Shown here in pieces: positions 23,172 to 32,964 of a stretch of 64,000 bases of DNA. The number at the start of each line of letters is the position of its first letter. Position 1 is the first letter of the stretch. Origin of the DNA: an uncultured Acidobacteriota bacterium (GTDB lineage: Bacteria; Acidobacteriota; UBA6911); contig CAWHCF010000023.1 in NCBI GenBank assembly GCA_963827655.1, forward strand, positions 32,001 through 96,000, written 5' to 3'. The translations under genes were made by a program, and so were the position numbers. The notes beneath the pieces were generated by a model. The model saw only the letters and a list, made by a program, of their open reading frames with translations, searched no databases and was not told the origin of the DNA.

Positions 23172-23364
23172 CGGCAGGAAGAGTAAAGCCGATACGCCGG
23201 AAGTTCGAGCGGCCAATCCTGGTCGCACAGCAACCAGACCATGTGCCTCCCAACTGGTTTTCCGGATACCAGTCGCGCGCCGTCGGTGAACCCCGCACAA
23301 ACCGCATCAATTCGCCAGGTGATACGAGATTATCGAAACGAACGGTAAGGTCGCGCGCCAAGGC

Positions 23365-23805
23365 TCAGTGGTGCTTAGCCTCGACGTTCACGACCGTGAG
23401 CCCCTCGGCCCGGGCCGCCTCGAGCTGGCGTCGGTCTGCAGCGGCGAAGGTCAACTCGACGCCGAGTTCCTTGCGGAGCCCAAGCGCCGAAGCGACGTGT
23501 ATGGCGTCGAAACCACGCAGTGGATACCGTTCGACCAGGCGCCGGGCGCTCTTGAGCACATTGTCGGTGACGTCGACCAGAACGAACGCCATCCATTCGG
23601 CCTCGACCTGGCGCGAGGCCACCAAATACGCCTGCTCTGAAAGATCACCTTCCCTCTTCCTTCGGGCGAGCGCCGAAAACACCTCGGCATAGGCAATCCT
23701 CGACGTCGCGACCGGACCCTCCCGGGTGATCAGTGCATCGACGGTGCCGGATCCCACCTCGCGGACGAAGCGCTTGATCAACGCGCTCGTGTCAAGATAG
23801 TTCAT
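23365..23805 (-). CDS. vapC: VapC PIN toxin
   Basis: YLDTSALIKR, LRGFDAIHVASA, AADRRQ. Confidence 0.92.
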   Translation of the reverse strand: MNYLDTSALIKRFVREVGSGTVDALITREGPVATSRIAYAEVFSALARRKREGDLSEQAYLVASRQVEAEWMAFVLVDVTDNVLKSARRLVERYPLRGFDAIHVASALGLRKELGVELTFAAADRRQLEAARAEGLTVVNVEAKHH

Positions 23806-24083
23806 CGCCGATCTTCGACCACCGTCTCCGAGACCGGCCGCCCGGAAACCTCAACCCTGCGCACTCGTTTCATCGGTTTGCGCGTCGGCAATGTCACGAC
23901 CCCCCGAGCCGCGAGCCGTGCGAGCTTCGCCTCAAGGGTCTCGACTCGGCTTGCAGCTCCGATCGGCGTCAGCACGGCCACCGGTTTGCCCCGCTCGGTC
24001 ACGACGATCTCCTCACCCTGCTTCGTCCGCCGGATGTACTGCGTCAGCCTGTTCTTCAGCTCTTTGATACCGACCGTACTCAT
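23802..24083 (-). CDS. Phd/YefM antitoxin
   Basis: VGIKELKNRLTQYIRRTKQGEEIVVTERGKPVA; ATGA overlap with vapC. Confidence 0.92.
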   Translation of the reverse strand: MSTVGIKELKNRLTQYIRRTKQGEEIVVTERGKPVAVLTPIGAASRVETLEAKLARLAARGVVTLPTRKPMKRVRRVEVSGRPVSETVVEDRR

Positions 24084-24090
24084 GGTGGCT

Positions 24091-24119
24091 ATTGTAGCTA
24101 CTTTCGGCCTGAGTGGCAA
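24091..24119 (-). promoter_or_regulatory. Sigma70 promoter, probably leaderless, with overlapping operator
   Basis: TTGCCA-N17-TACAAT, ATG 7 nt downstream; GTAGCTAC/TAGCCAC repeats. Confidence 0.7.
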
Positions 24120-24158
24120 GCTTCCCGCGAGCAGGCGGGTCTATTCCGTGTCAGCGTT

Positions 24159-27100
24159 CTAGAACAAAATCTTCAAGCCGAACTGAATCACCCGAGGCCA
24201 GGTCCATTCATCGGTCACCTGACCGAAAGCAGTGCTGGTCGGTGTCGTGTTGGGCGCGAGAAACTGGGGGTGGTTGAGAGCGTTGATTGCTTCGGCGCGG
24301 AATTGCAGCCGAACTCCTTCAGTGATCTCGGTGTTCTTGATCACCGACAGGTCCCAGTTGTTCCCGCCATCTCCCCGAATCCCCGAGAAGCGGCTGGGGA
24401 AGGTCCTCAAGTTCGACGCCAGCTGCCTTTGGGAATTGCGCTCGAAGCCCGCGTCGACGTTGAACCATCGCTCCACCGTCCGTTCCCCCTCCGGGAGCAC
24501 GATGTCCTTCAGGTTCCCGAAGAAGATGGCATTGCCGAAGCCCAGCGGCGCCCCGCTCTGCCCCGTGTAAATGCCCTGCACCTGCCATCCGCTGATGATC
24601 TTGGACATCGCTCCGTTCGTGGCACCACCCCACCGCTTGCCCCGCCCGAAGGGCAGCTCGTAGAGCGAAGTTATGGCTATCCGGTGCGTGCGGTCCTGGT
24701 CGGAAATCACCTCTTCCGGCATCGGGTCGCCGCCGTTGAGGAAGCCTCTGGCTTCCATCAACTTCGACCAGGTCCACGACAGGGTCGAGGCAAGCCCCGT
24801 CGAGAAACGCTTCTCAAACCGCGTCTGCATCGAGTGATACCAGGAGTAGCCCTGGTTCGTGTCCGCCACATTAACGTTCGTGAACTGCGGATAGGGCCGC
24901 AGCAACTGGTTGCGCGGAACCGTGGTTCCGGCAAGATTGGTTCCCGGCAGCATGGGATAGAATGGATTCGACACCTGCGCGCTCAGATAGTTGATGGTGT
25001 TCTGGTCGCGCACGGGCGATGTGCTCAGGTACTGGTTGGGTAACGCATTCAGGTCCCGGGTGATGCGCTGCCCCACGCCCCGATTGCCCACGTAGGAGAG
25101 TTCCAGCACTGATCGGCCCGGCAGCCCCTGCTGCACGGCGAATTGCCAGCGCTGCATGTAGGGGGTGTGGATGTCCTCGTTGTAGAAAGTCACGCCTTGA
25201 CCCAGATTGGTCGAAAGCCCGCCGGCCGCCCCCATGGGGCTGAGAAAGCCGCTCGGGAACGGGTTGGTCAGGTTCGCGACGTAGCTCTGGCCGTTGTCGA
25301 CCGAGGTCACCAGCTCGGTCGATCGGCTGAAGCCGGTCTGGGTGACGTGCTGGTTGATCACGCCGATCGGTTCGAAATAAATCCCGTAGCCCACCCGGAC
25401 CACGGTATTGGGCGTTACGGAGTAAGCAAGGCCGATGCGCGGCATGAAGTTCTTCCGGCTCGTGTTCCACAGGGTCCGCGGCTCCCCGTTCACGTCTGCA
25501 AAGGTCAGGCCGCCACGCGCCTGGAACTGGCTGACTGGAACTTCGGGAATCGGATTATTGGCGTAGTTGGCCCGCGCCTGCTCTTCAATCGGGCTCGGAG
25601 CGGCGAATTCGAACCCGCGCACGGTCCGGTTGAAGCGTTCCGTCAGCGGCGTGGGGACTTCGTATCGCAACCCCAGACTCACGGTGAGCTTCCGGTTGAT
25701 CTTCCAGTCGTCTTGCAGATAGAGAGCCCAGATTTTGATCTGCTCGGCATAGGAAGCAGTGATCGGGAAACTGCCGCCGGTCGGCAGGCCATACAGAAAG
25801 CTGGCCAGACCTTGCCCGATCGGCGCCGAGGGAGACGTGCTCAACGGCCCGCGTGTCCAGTTGGTGGCAAAATCGAGGCTGCCCGATGAATTGCTCAGGT
25901 TAAAGGTGTTTTCGCGGTAGACCCGATAGCCGGTTCCGTAGCGCAGCGTGTGCGTATTCACGACGTTGGTGGCGTTCAAGGCGAAGTCGTGCGTATCGCT
26001 GTGCCGCTTGTTCAGCGTCTCGGAAGACAAGAGGGAGTTACCAACCACATCGATCCGCGGCAACCGCAGCGCCCGGCTATCCACCTGTTCGATCTGCTGG
26101 ATGTAGCTGCTCGCGAACCCTAACCCCGCCAGGTCCCACCCCAGCTGCATGGGCGTGAACGCGTTGATGAAGCGGGTGTAGCTGTAGCGTGTATTCACGA
26201 AGAACCGAGGGTGAGATGGTATAAACGTGGTCGAACGCGCCGCCCCGATTCTGGCGCACGAAAACGTCGCCGAACGCCCGGTTGTGGCGTTCGTTTTCCG
26301 GGCGGTCCATCAGGGTGAAATTCGCTCGCACATAGAACCGCTGCTTCTGCGACAGGTTGTGGTCAACCCGAACAATGTGATTCCAGTAGGTGTCCTGCGC
26401 GTTTTTGCCCTTGGTGTAGTTGTTGACCCCGTCGATCGTCCCGGCCTGGTTGGACTGGTCCCACAGGTCCGCGATTTTCCGCGCCACCGGATTGATCCGG
26501 CTCGGCGGGATGATGTTGTTCGGCAACGGCTGCCGGCGGAAAAGGCCGCCCGCCTCGGCCGTGGTCGAGAACGGATCGTAGATCTGGTACTGCGGGCCGA
26601 GGGCCAGCAAAGCGGAAAAGTCGCCGTTACGCTGCGCGGCTGTCGGGACCGCCTCGGTCACAAACGGGGTCGGGTCGAAGCTCCAGATTCCCTCATAGCC
26701 GTACATCCAGAAGGTCTTGCCCCGTCCGTCATACATCTTGGGCAGGTAGACCGGCCCGCCGAAGCTGGTACCCCAGCGATGCAACCGGAACCGAAGCTTC
26801 TCGGCCCCGATCCGGTTCAGGAAAAACCGGTTGGCATTGAACGCGGGATTCTGGTGGAAGTAGTAGAGCTGGCCGTGGAGGTCGTTCGTGCCCGACTTCA
26901 GGCTCATGTTCAGGGCCCCGCCGGCCATGTATCCGTAGGCCGCGTCGAATGTGGCGCTCTGAATCTTGAACTCATCCACCACCCCCGGCGGCGGCGAGTA
27001 GGCTACCTCCGCCCGCTGCATGTTGGGCGCGCCGTCGAGCATGTACTCGCTGCTTCCCGCGCGCGTGCCATCGATCGAGAGTTGCGACGGGGAACTCGTG

Positions 27101-27630
27101 TCGAACGGCCGGACATAGCCCGGCGACTGGGGCAGGAACAACACCCCCGGCGATAGAGTGGCCATGATCAGCACCATGCCGTCCTTCAGTGGAAGTTCCA
27201 GAATGGTCCGACTGTCGATGACCTGCCCGATCGAGGTCGTGGAAGTATCCAGCAGGGGCGTTTCCGCCGTCACCTGCAGGGTCTCGGCGGCTTGCCCTAC
27301 CTCCAGCATTACGTCGATCGTGATCCGCTCGTTGACTCGAACGCTGATTCCCGGACGGACAGATTTCTTGAACCCCGGGGCTTCCACCGTCAGCGAATAG
27401 GGACCTGGAATCAAGTACGGCAACAAAAAGTCGCCGCTCTCGTTGGCCGTGACCGCCGCCCGCACGCCGGTGTCGGTGTTCGCCGCTTCCACTCGGGCGC
27501 CTACGATCACACCGCCGGACTGGTCGGTCACGCGTCCCAGCAATGTGCCCCGTGTTTCCTGTCCCCACAACGGGAGTTGAACGCAGAACAGAACAGCCAG
27601 AAACAGACCGTTGATCTTGAGAAGTCTCAT
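24159..27630 (-). CDS. TonB-dependent receptor with carboxypeptidase-regulatory-like N-domain (frameshift near 26200)
   Basis: Signal peptide, GRVTDQSG, KSGTN, YLQDDWK..LGLRYE, C-terminal RVIQFGLKILF. Confidence 0.9.
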
Positions 27631-28125
27631 GCCTCCACCTCGCTCGATCTCGCCCGTCGGGCGGAAATCTACCCGCTCAGCCTGAGGCCGCTCTGCTCCC
27701 GAACCACCCGTGCGACCTCTGACCACACGTTGGTTAACATGCGACAAATCCGTAGACGAAAAGTTGGCGCATTCTACCAGAGAAACGAGCCGGGCGAATA
27801 CTGGTTTCTTTGCGCCTTGTACACGCCTTTCCCTAGGGAAGGCTGATGGAGCCAATCCTCGATCCGGTGCCGACAGGGCCGTCCAGGCGGCCCGCGCCCC
27901 AACCAGACTAGTCGAACTGAAGGCCCGAGGCCGAGAGACGCAATAAGCCTGGCGATAGACGGGCGCCCCTACAAGGGCGAAACCCGGTAAGGCCTTATAT
28001 AGGGCCTCGCCGCTCCGCAAAAACTCAGCTAGTCGACCGTTTTGAAAGTTTTTCACCATAGTCATTGCTCAGGCTTTGACCACGATGTGGGTGGCCATTG
28101 GTGAACCAAGCGACAGATTCGACGA

Positions 28126-28305
28126 CTATCTTGGTCTATTTACCAAACGCTCCTCTGGCTTACGTTCGGTGACCTTTCCTCGATTGTCCAGGGTGTGATA
28201 ACTTCGTTTCATGGCGGTTCTCCTGTCATCCAGGTTTGAGCACCCCGATTCTAATCGGATCGTGGTAAACCGCCGTCAATCTTCAACTACGTCCGGGACA
28301 CCTCT
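28126..28305 (-). mobile_element. IS256-like left-end remnant
   Basis: Terminus GAGGTGTCCCGGACGTAGTTGAAG, SD GGAG, truncated ORF MKRSYHTLDNRGKVTERK resembling acidobacterial IS256 transposase N-termini (recalled, not searched). Confidence 0.5.
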
Positions 28306-28449
28306 CGACCCCCGACTCCAATGGTGGCCTGAGGCTTGCAATGTGTTTGGCTGGACGGCATGTCGTTTCGCAACCAGATCGGTGGGAAGCGGGCGGCAAC
28401 CGGATTGATGTAGGCGATTCGCTCGCGAGTATGTGCAGAAGAGGTTGTC

Positions 28450-29256
28450 GTGAATTTGAATCCGTGGTTTTCAATGCGCAACTGGCTGCTTTCACGACTT
28501 CAATATCCGGAGTTGCGCGGAATTCCGATTGACTCGCCGGAGATGACGCTCCGCCGGCGGGCACTGCTGGAACGCAACGAGTGCGCACGCTTTTCATTTG
28601 AACGCTGGTATCGTGAACTTGCGACGGTGGTCTCCACTGCACCTGAGGGATTTCGAGTAGAATTGGGCAGCGGAGGTGGCTTTCTCGACCACTTCATCTC
28701 GGGCTTGATTAAGACCGACGTTATCGAGCTACCATTCCTCGACAACGTCTGCTACGCCGAGCAGTTACCTTATCCGGACCGTTCAGTCGGCGCCCTGGCA
28801 ATGGTCAACGTTCTGCATCACGTGCGTGACGTGGACGCCTTCTTCCGGGAAGCCGTCCGGGTTCTCGTCCCTGGCGGCGTGGTCGCCATGATCGAACCCT
28901 ATGTGAGCGGATTTTCACGGCTGGTCTACCGCTATATCCACGATGAGCCCTTCGACCCAGGCGCCACGGACTGGCAGCTGCCGCCCAGCGGGCGCCTTAG
29001 CGGGGGCAACGACGCATTGCCGTGGATTGTGTTCGTGCGGGACCGCGCGCGATTCGAACGGGACTATCCGCAGCTGCGCATCGAGGCCCTCCGTCCGCAT
29101 TCGCCGTTTTCGCATCTGCTCTCGGGCGGCGTCACGACCCGGCCCCTCGTGCCGTTAGGGGTTGTCCTGGGGGTGGCCAAGGTGGAGGGCAGTATGTCCT
29201 GGGCCATGCCGCAGCTTGCCACGTTCTTTACCGTTACTCTCCGGCGGTCGGAGTAG
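28450..29256 (+). CDS. Class I SAM-dependent methyltransferase
   Basis: VELGSGGG, LPYPDRS, VLHH, RVLVPGG. Confidence 0.88.
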   Translation: MNLNPWFSMRNWLLSRLQYPELRGIPIDSPEMTLRRRALLERNECARFSFERWYRELATVVSTAPEGFRVELGSGGGFLDHFISGLIKTDVIELPFLDNVCYAEQLPYPDRSVGALAMVNVLHHVRDVDAFFREAVRVLVPGGVVAMIEPYVSGFSRLVYRYIHDEPFDPGATDWQLPPSGRLSGGNDALPWIVFVRDRARFERDYPQLRIEALRPHSPFSHLLSGGVTTRPLVPLGVVLGVAKVEGSMSWAMPQLATFFTVTLRRSE

Positions 29257-30058
29257 GACGTCCCTCTGTGCTTTCACTCACCCCACGTGAGACGCTTGTG
29301 GCCGCACGCATTTCTTTTCGGAGCTGAAGCATGCCGATGAACTGGCGAAAGCAGATCAGGAAGAGTCTGGAAATAAAGAAAATGGACGTGCTGCCGATTT
29401 TGCGTTCGTAATGCGGCACGGGCACTTCGATTATTCTATGGCCGGCAAAATGCGCTCTGATGACAAACTCCGCCGTAAAGAAGGACATGTACTTTACCTG
29501 CGGGGCGAGTTCGGTGAGGATCGACCGACGAATCAAACGGAACCCCGTATCCATGTCCCGGTAAGGCACATCGAAAGCCCAGCGCATGAGTTGGTTGTAG
29601 CCCTTCGACAAGAAGATCCGATAGAAAGGGTCCTTGCGCGGCGACTTCCTGCCGAGAATGACATCATGGCTGTGGCGGTTAAGTTCCAGTCGCCAGAAAT
29701 CGATCGCCGCGAATTGGTAGTCCGAGTCCACAATGAAGACCCAGTCCTTCGTCGCGAGAGAGACCGCGTCGATCAGTGCCTGCTGATATCCCTTGCGCTG
29801 GTCACTCATGAACAGGCGAATCGGCAACTCATTACGCAAACGCTCTAGGACGCTTTTGGTGTCATCAGTGCTGCCGTCCTCAGCTACCACCACTTCGAAG
29901 TCAGAGATGCGCGGGCCGAGTTCGGCGATGTAGTTACGGAGCGTCTGCTCGATGATGAAGGATTCGTTGCAGACGGGTAAAACCAGAGAAATGCCGCCAA
30001 GGGCTGGATCGGCCGGACCCCGCGAGGGCGAGTAATCGAAATCGGCTTGCCTCGTCAT
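29234..30058 (-). CDS. GT2 glycosyltransferase (polyprenol-phosphate sugar synthase-like)
   Basis: SLVLPVCNE, EDGSTDDT, DSDYQ, DMDTGFRL, IEVPV. Confidence 0.88.
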   Translation of the reverse strand: MTRQADFDYSPSRGPADPALGGISLVLPVCNESFIIEQTLRNYIAELGPRISDFEVVVAEDGSTDDTKSVLERLRNELPIRLFMSDQRKGYQQALIDAVSLATKDWVFIVDSDYQFAAIDFWRLELNRHSHDVILGRKSPRKDPFYRIFLSKGYNQLMRWAFDVPYRDMDTGFRLIRRSILTELAPQVKYMSFFTAEFVIRAHFAGHRIIEVPVPHYERKIGSTSIFFISRLFLICFRQFIGMLQLRKEMRAATSVSRGVSESTEGRPTPTAGE

Positions 30059-30330
30059 ATCGACTGCCAGCTTGGTTCGCCTGATTGGTCGATTCTCTTT
30101 GTTATCCGAGACCAGCCACGCAGGTGATACAAGTTCAACCGGCCTGGAATTTGAAAATACAGTGTGTGAATGAAGTCTCATTGCAAGGCCAATTATGTCA
30201 TTATGCCGTTTCCGGTTCAACCGACTAGAGGTCTGAGTGACAAACGACTTTAGATTCCTCACCGAGGCCAGTCAGAAGGGCCGATGGGCCAAAGACACGG
30301 TCCGTTCAAACTGAAAGAGAGCATTCCGAC

Positions 30331-32064
30331 GTGGAAACACAACGACAGAGAGCGGCACTTGAAAAAGGGGCCGCATTTCCGGTGGCGGCGCGCGCCCTGA
30401 AGCTGGCGCTGATCTATCTGGCTTCCTGGTCGATCCTGCTGCTGGGCCTCGACAGGAATGCGATGAATGTGTTCGACGAGGGGGACGTGCTCTTTGGCGG
30501 GCTGCGCGTTCTGTGGGGCGACGTGCCCTACCGCGATTTCTGGACTGTCTACGGTCCGGCCCAGTACTGGGTGGTGGCCGGCCTGTTCAAGATCTTCGGG
30601 CCTTTTATACTCGTGGAGCGTGCTTGGGACGCGGTCGTTCGAGCCGGGTTGGCGACCATGGCCTACATGGTAGCCCGCGCGCTCACCAATGCCCGCCTCG
30701 CGGTTGGTGTATGGCTTTTCTCCTTGGGATGGCTGTGGATCGTCGACTTTTACGGCTATCCCCTTTTGCCAGCGGCCTTGTTCGGGCTTTCAAGCGTCTA
30801 CCTCTCCGGAAGATACGCGGTTGGATTAGGTGGCGCCGGGGGGCTTCTCGGGGCGGGCGCGCTCGCGACCTTGGCGGGTTTTTTCCGGCACGACATGGGC
30901 ATCTACACCTATGTGGCAGAGGTCGCCGTAATCCTGGCAGTACCGGCAGTGATTCGGTCCGGAGCAGATTTCGGTCGGATGGCGTCTTGGGATGGTCGGA
31001 TGTCAGCCGTTGCTTGGCTGACATCCGGGGCAATGCTGGCGTTCGTCCCCGTCGCTGCCTATCTGTTGGTCCATGTGCCCCTGCAGGACTTGTTGCACCC
31101 ATTGGTCATCTACCCCGCGAAGATCTACCCGGGGGCGCGTTCCTTGCCATATCCCTCCCTCGTTGAGCCGCTGTACGACTTGCTCCGAGGGAAATGGATC
31201 GCCGGAGCTTTGACCTTTTGCCGGGCCCTCGCACTGTATTTCCCTTGGGTCGTCGCCGGGGCAGGAGCCTTCGGGCTGTGGCGGCTGCGGCAGTCCCCAC
31301 TTTTGAACCCGAAGGATAAGACAGTGCAATTTGCAATTCTGGTGCTCGTGCTTATCGTGCTGGCCTTCAGTGTGAAGACCCTTGTCAGACCCAACGCGCA
31401 CCACGCTATCCATGCTCTCGTGCCCGGCTTTGTTCTGGCAGGTTTATTGATTGGGATGGGTGATCGGCTGCGCGCTAAGCCGGTGCAGGTGGTCCTCGTA
31501 GTGGCCATGGTGGCCTTGGCATTGCCGCCACTCGCTGGCCTTTACTGGTTCGCGAGGTCGTCGGGGATTGATCGCCTTCTGAGGGCAGGGACCGGATCGC
31601 CGGTGGAAAATGCGAAACGGGTCGTCCGGTACTTCATAGACCCAGGAAACGGCCCTGATCCGGCCATTTATTTCACAATCAGTGCGGACCAGGCTGCGGC
31701 CGTCTCGTATATTCGGACCCACACGGGACCTCGAGACAAACTTTTCGTGGCCAACGGCCGCCACGATATCGCCTGGGCCAACGATGTCCTTTTCTATTTC
31801 CTTGCCCAGCGGGCCGCCGTCACCAAGTACCACGAGTTCAATCCTGGCCTCACGACGACATCCCAGACGCAGCAGGCCATCATCGAAGCTCTTCGGGCCG
31901 AAAGCGTGCCCTATGTCGTCCGGCTGCGATCGTTTGACAATATCTCAGAGCCGAACAGCAGCGCCCGTAGCAGCGGCGTCATTCTTCTCGACCAATTTCT
32001 CGAACGCGAGTACACGGAAGTCGCGCGTTTCGGGCAATACGAAATTACCCAACGACGGCAGTAA
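30331..32064 (+). CDS. Polytopic membrane protein, GT-C/ArnT-like glycosyltransferase
   Basis: FDEGD..GDVPYRDFWTVYGP first loop; many TM helices; periplasmic C-terminal domain. Confidence 0.7.
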   Translation: METQRQRAALEKGAAFPVAARALKLALIYLASWSILLLGLDRNAMNVFDEGDVLFGGLRVLWGDVPYRDFWTVYGPAQYWVVAGLFKIFGPFILVERAWDAVVRAGLATMAYMVARALTNARLAVGVWLFSLGWLWIVDFYGYPLLPAALFGLSSVYLSGRYAVGLGGAGGLLGAGALATLAGFFRHDMGIYTYVAEVAVILAVPAVIRSGADFGRMASWDGRMSAVAWLTSGAMLAFVPVAAYLLVHVPLQDLLHPLVIYPAKIYPGARSLPYPSLVEPLYDLLRGKWIAGALTFCRALALYFPWVVAGAGAFGLWRLRQSPLLNPKDKTVQFAILVLVLIVLAFSVKTLVRPNAHHAIHALVPGFVLAGLLIGMGDRLRAKPVQVVLVVAMVALALPPLAGLYWFARSSGIDRLLRAGTGSPVENAKRVVRYFIDPGNGPDPAIYFTISADQAAAVSYIRTHTGPRDKLFVANGRHDIAWANDVLFYFLAQRAAVTKYHEFNPGLTTTSQTQQAIIEALRAESVPYVVRLRSFDNISEPNSSARSSGVILLDQFLEREYTEVARFGQYEITQRRQ

Positions 32065-32113
32065 ACGCAGATGGCGTATAGGAAATTCGGACTCTATCGG
32101 ACATTCAGCCCGA

Positions 32114-32137
32114 GCTGATAGCTGACCGCTGATCGCT
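32114..32137 (+). repeat. Heptamer tandem repeat (GCTGAYN x3)
   Basis: gctgata gctgacc gctgatc gct. Confidence 0.6.
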
Positions 32138-32172
32138 TAGCGGGGTCTACACTGCGAAATTATCACCAACCT

Positions 32173-32297
32173 TGATCGGGACCTTCGCGATGGTGCCCGC
32201 CTCGACGCTCCGCTCGATGGGCGCCCACTCCGCGCCCGCTGTAGTGCGCCGTCTTGATCCCGACGATCACGTCCTTGTGCTCGAGGCGCCATCTCGG
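32173..32297 (-). pseudogene. About 125-bp diverged copy of an internal part of the amidohydrolase gene (36186-36308)
   Basis: Aligns to the EMALKHKDVIVGIKTAHYSGPEWAPIERSVEAGTIAKIPI coding segment with a few substitutions and two 1-nt insertions. Confidence 0.85.
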
Positions 32298-32434
32298 GCG
32301 AGACCTTAGTCTAATCAAGCGCGCGGGCCTTCTAACGTCACAATTCGCCGATCACGGTCCCCGCGTCTGCGCAAAAAACCGCTCATCGGGACGGGTCCGC
32401 GAGTCTCTCGCATCCGCACAACGCGTGCGATCGT

Positions 32435-32761
32435 TTGACAATTTCACACGTATCCGCCACCATGGGGCGGTCTGCACTTTGCGCCGATGTGATCTCAGGC
32501 AGGTGCGGCGGCTCTGGTGAGGCTTCGGCGGCCTGAGGAGCCGGGCGGATTGGGTTCCGCCGATTACGGTCACGCCTGGAAAGGAGGTGGTCCAGTGAAT
32601 CTGAGTGATTACGTTTGGACGGAGGTGGCGTCCTCGTAAGGGGAACCGCCGGACACGTGGTGCTTTTGCGATATCTGGAAAGGGAACCCGATGAGGGAAC
32701 CCAACGCCACCAATGCCCACGGGAAGAGGCCCGCGAAGCGAAAGCAGATCCGGGCCTCTTC
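32435..32761 (+). ncRNA. Candidate structured small RNA with extended Shine-Dalgarno and 14-codon sORF (coordinates include promoter)
   Basis: TTGACA-N17-CACCAT; several hairpins with GNRA loops; GAAAGGAGGTGGTCCAG at 32579-32595; closing 11-bp stem 32723-32761. Confidence 0.55.
32595..32639 (+). CDS. Putative 14-aa peptide MNLSDYVWTEVASS
   Basis: GTG start just after AAGGAGGTG; TAA stop within a GTAA tetraloop hairpin. Confidence 0.4.
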   Translation: MNLSDYVWTEVASS

Positions 32762-32964
32762 TGACTACCGAACCTGCCTTCGTTTTTCAACGCTCCAGCA
32801 CTTCAGTTGGACGATGACTCAGTGAGCACGCCGCGCTGAGCCTGTGCGAAATTATCACCAACCCTCGGTCACTCTGCGGCGTCTATTGTCTAGCGCATCG
32901 AGAAAAGTAACCGATGCGTGTCTTCATCGAGTCTTCGCGTCTTTGTGGTTATTGGTGCTGAACC

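Larger units (their letters stand above)
32153..32863 (+). repeat. 19-bp direct repeat TGCGAAATTATCACCAACC at 32153-32171 and 32845-32863
   Basis: Exact match read directly from the sequence. Confidence 0.85.

Noticed and set aside
27631-28065. 145-codon N-terminal extension of the TonB receptor ORF
   Set aside because: Real start is ATG 27630 with SD GGAGG and a signal peptide; the extension is an open frame with no recognisable features.
31925-32442. 17-bp repeat TGCGATCGTTTGACAAT in the GT-C gene and at the candidate RNA promoter
   Set aside because: A single short match; could be chance, and no further homology flanks it.
32579-32595. 16S rRNA gene fragment on the minus strand
   Set aside because: Similarity is limited to 17 nt; flanking sequence does not continue into helix 45/44 (no GGTTACCTTGTTACGACTT-like sequence).
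32153-32863. CRISPR array from the 19-bp repeat
   Set aside because: Only two copies about 690 bp apart, no spacer periodicity, no cas genes.
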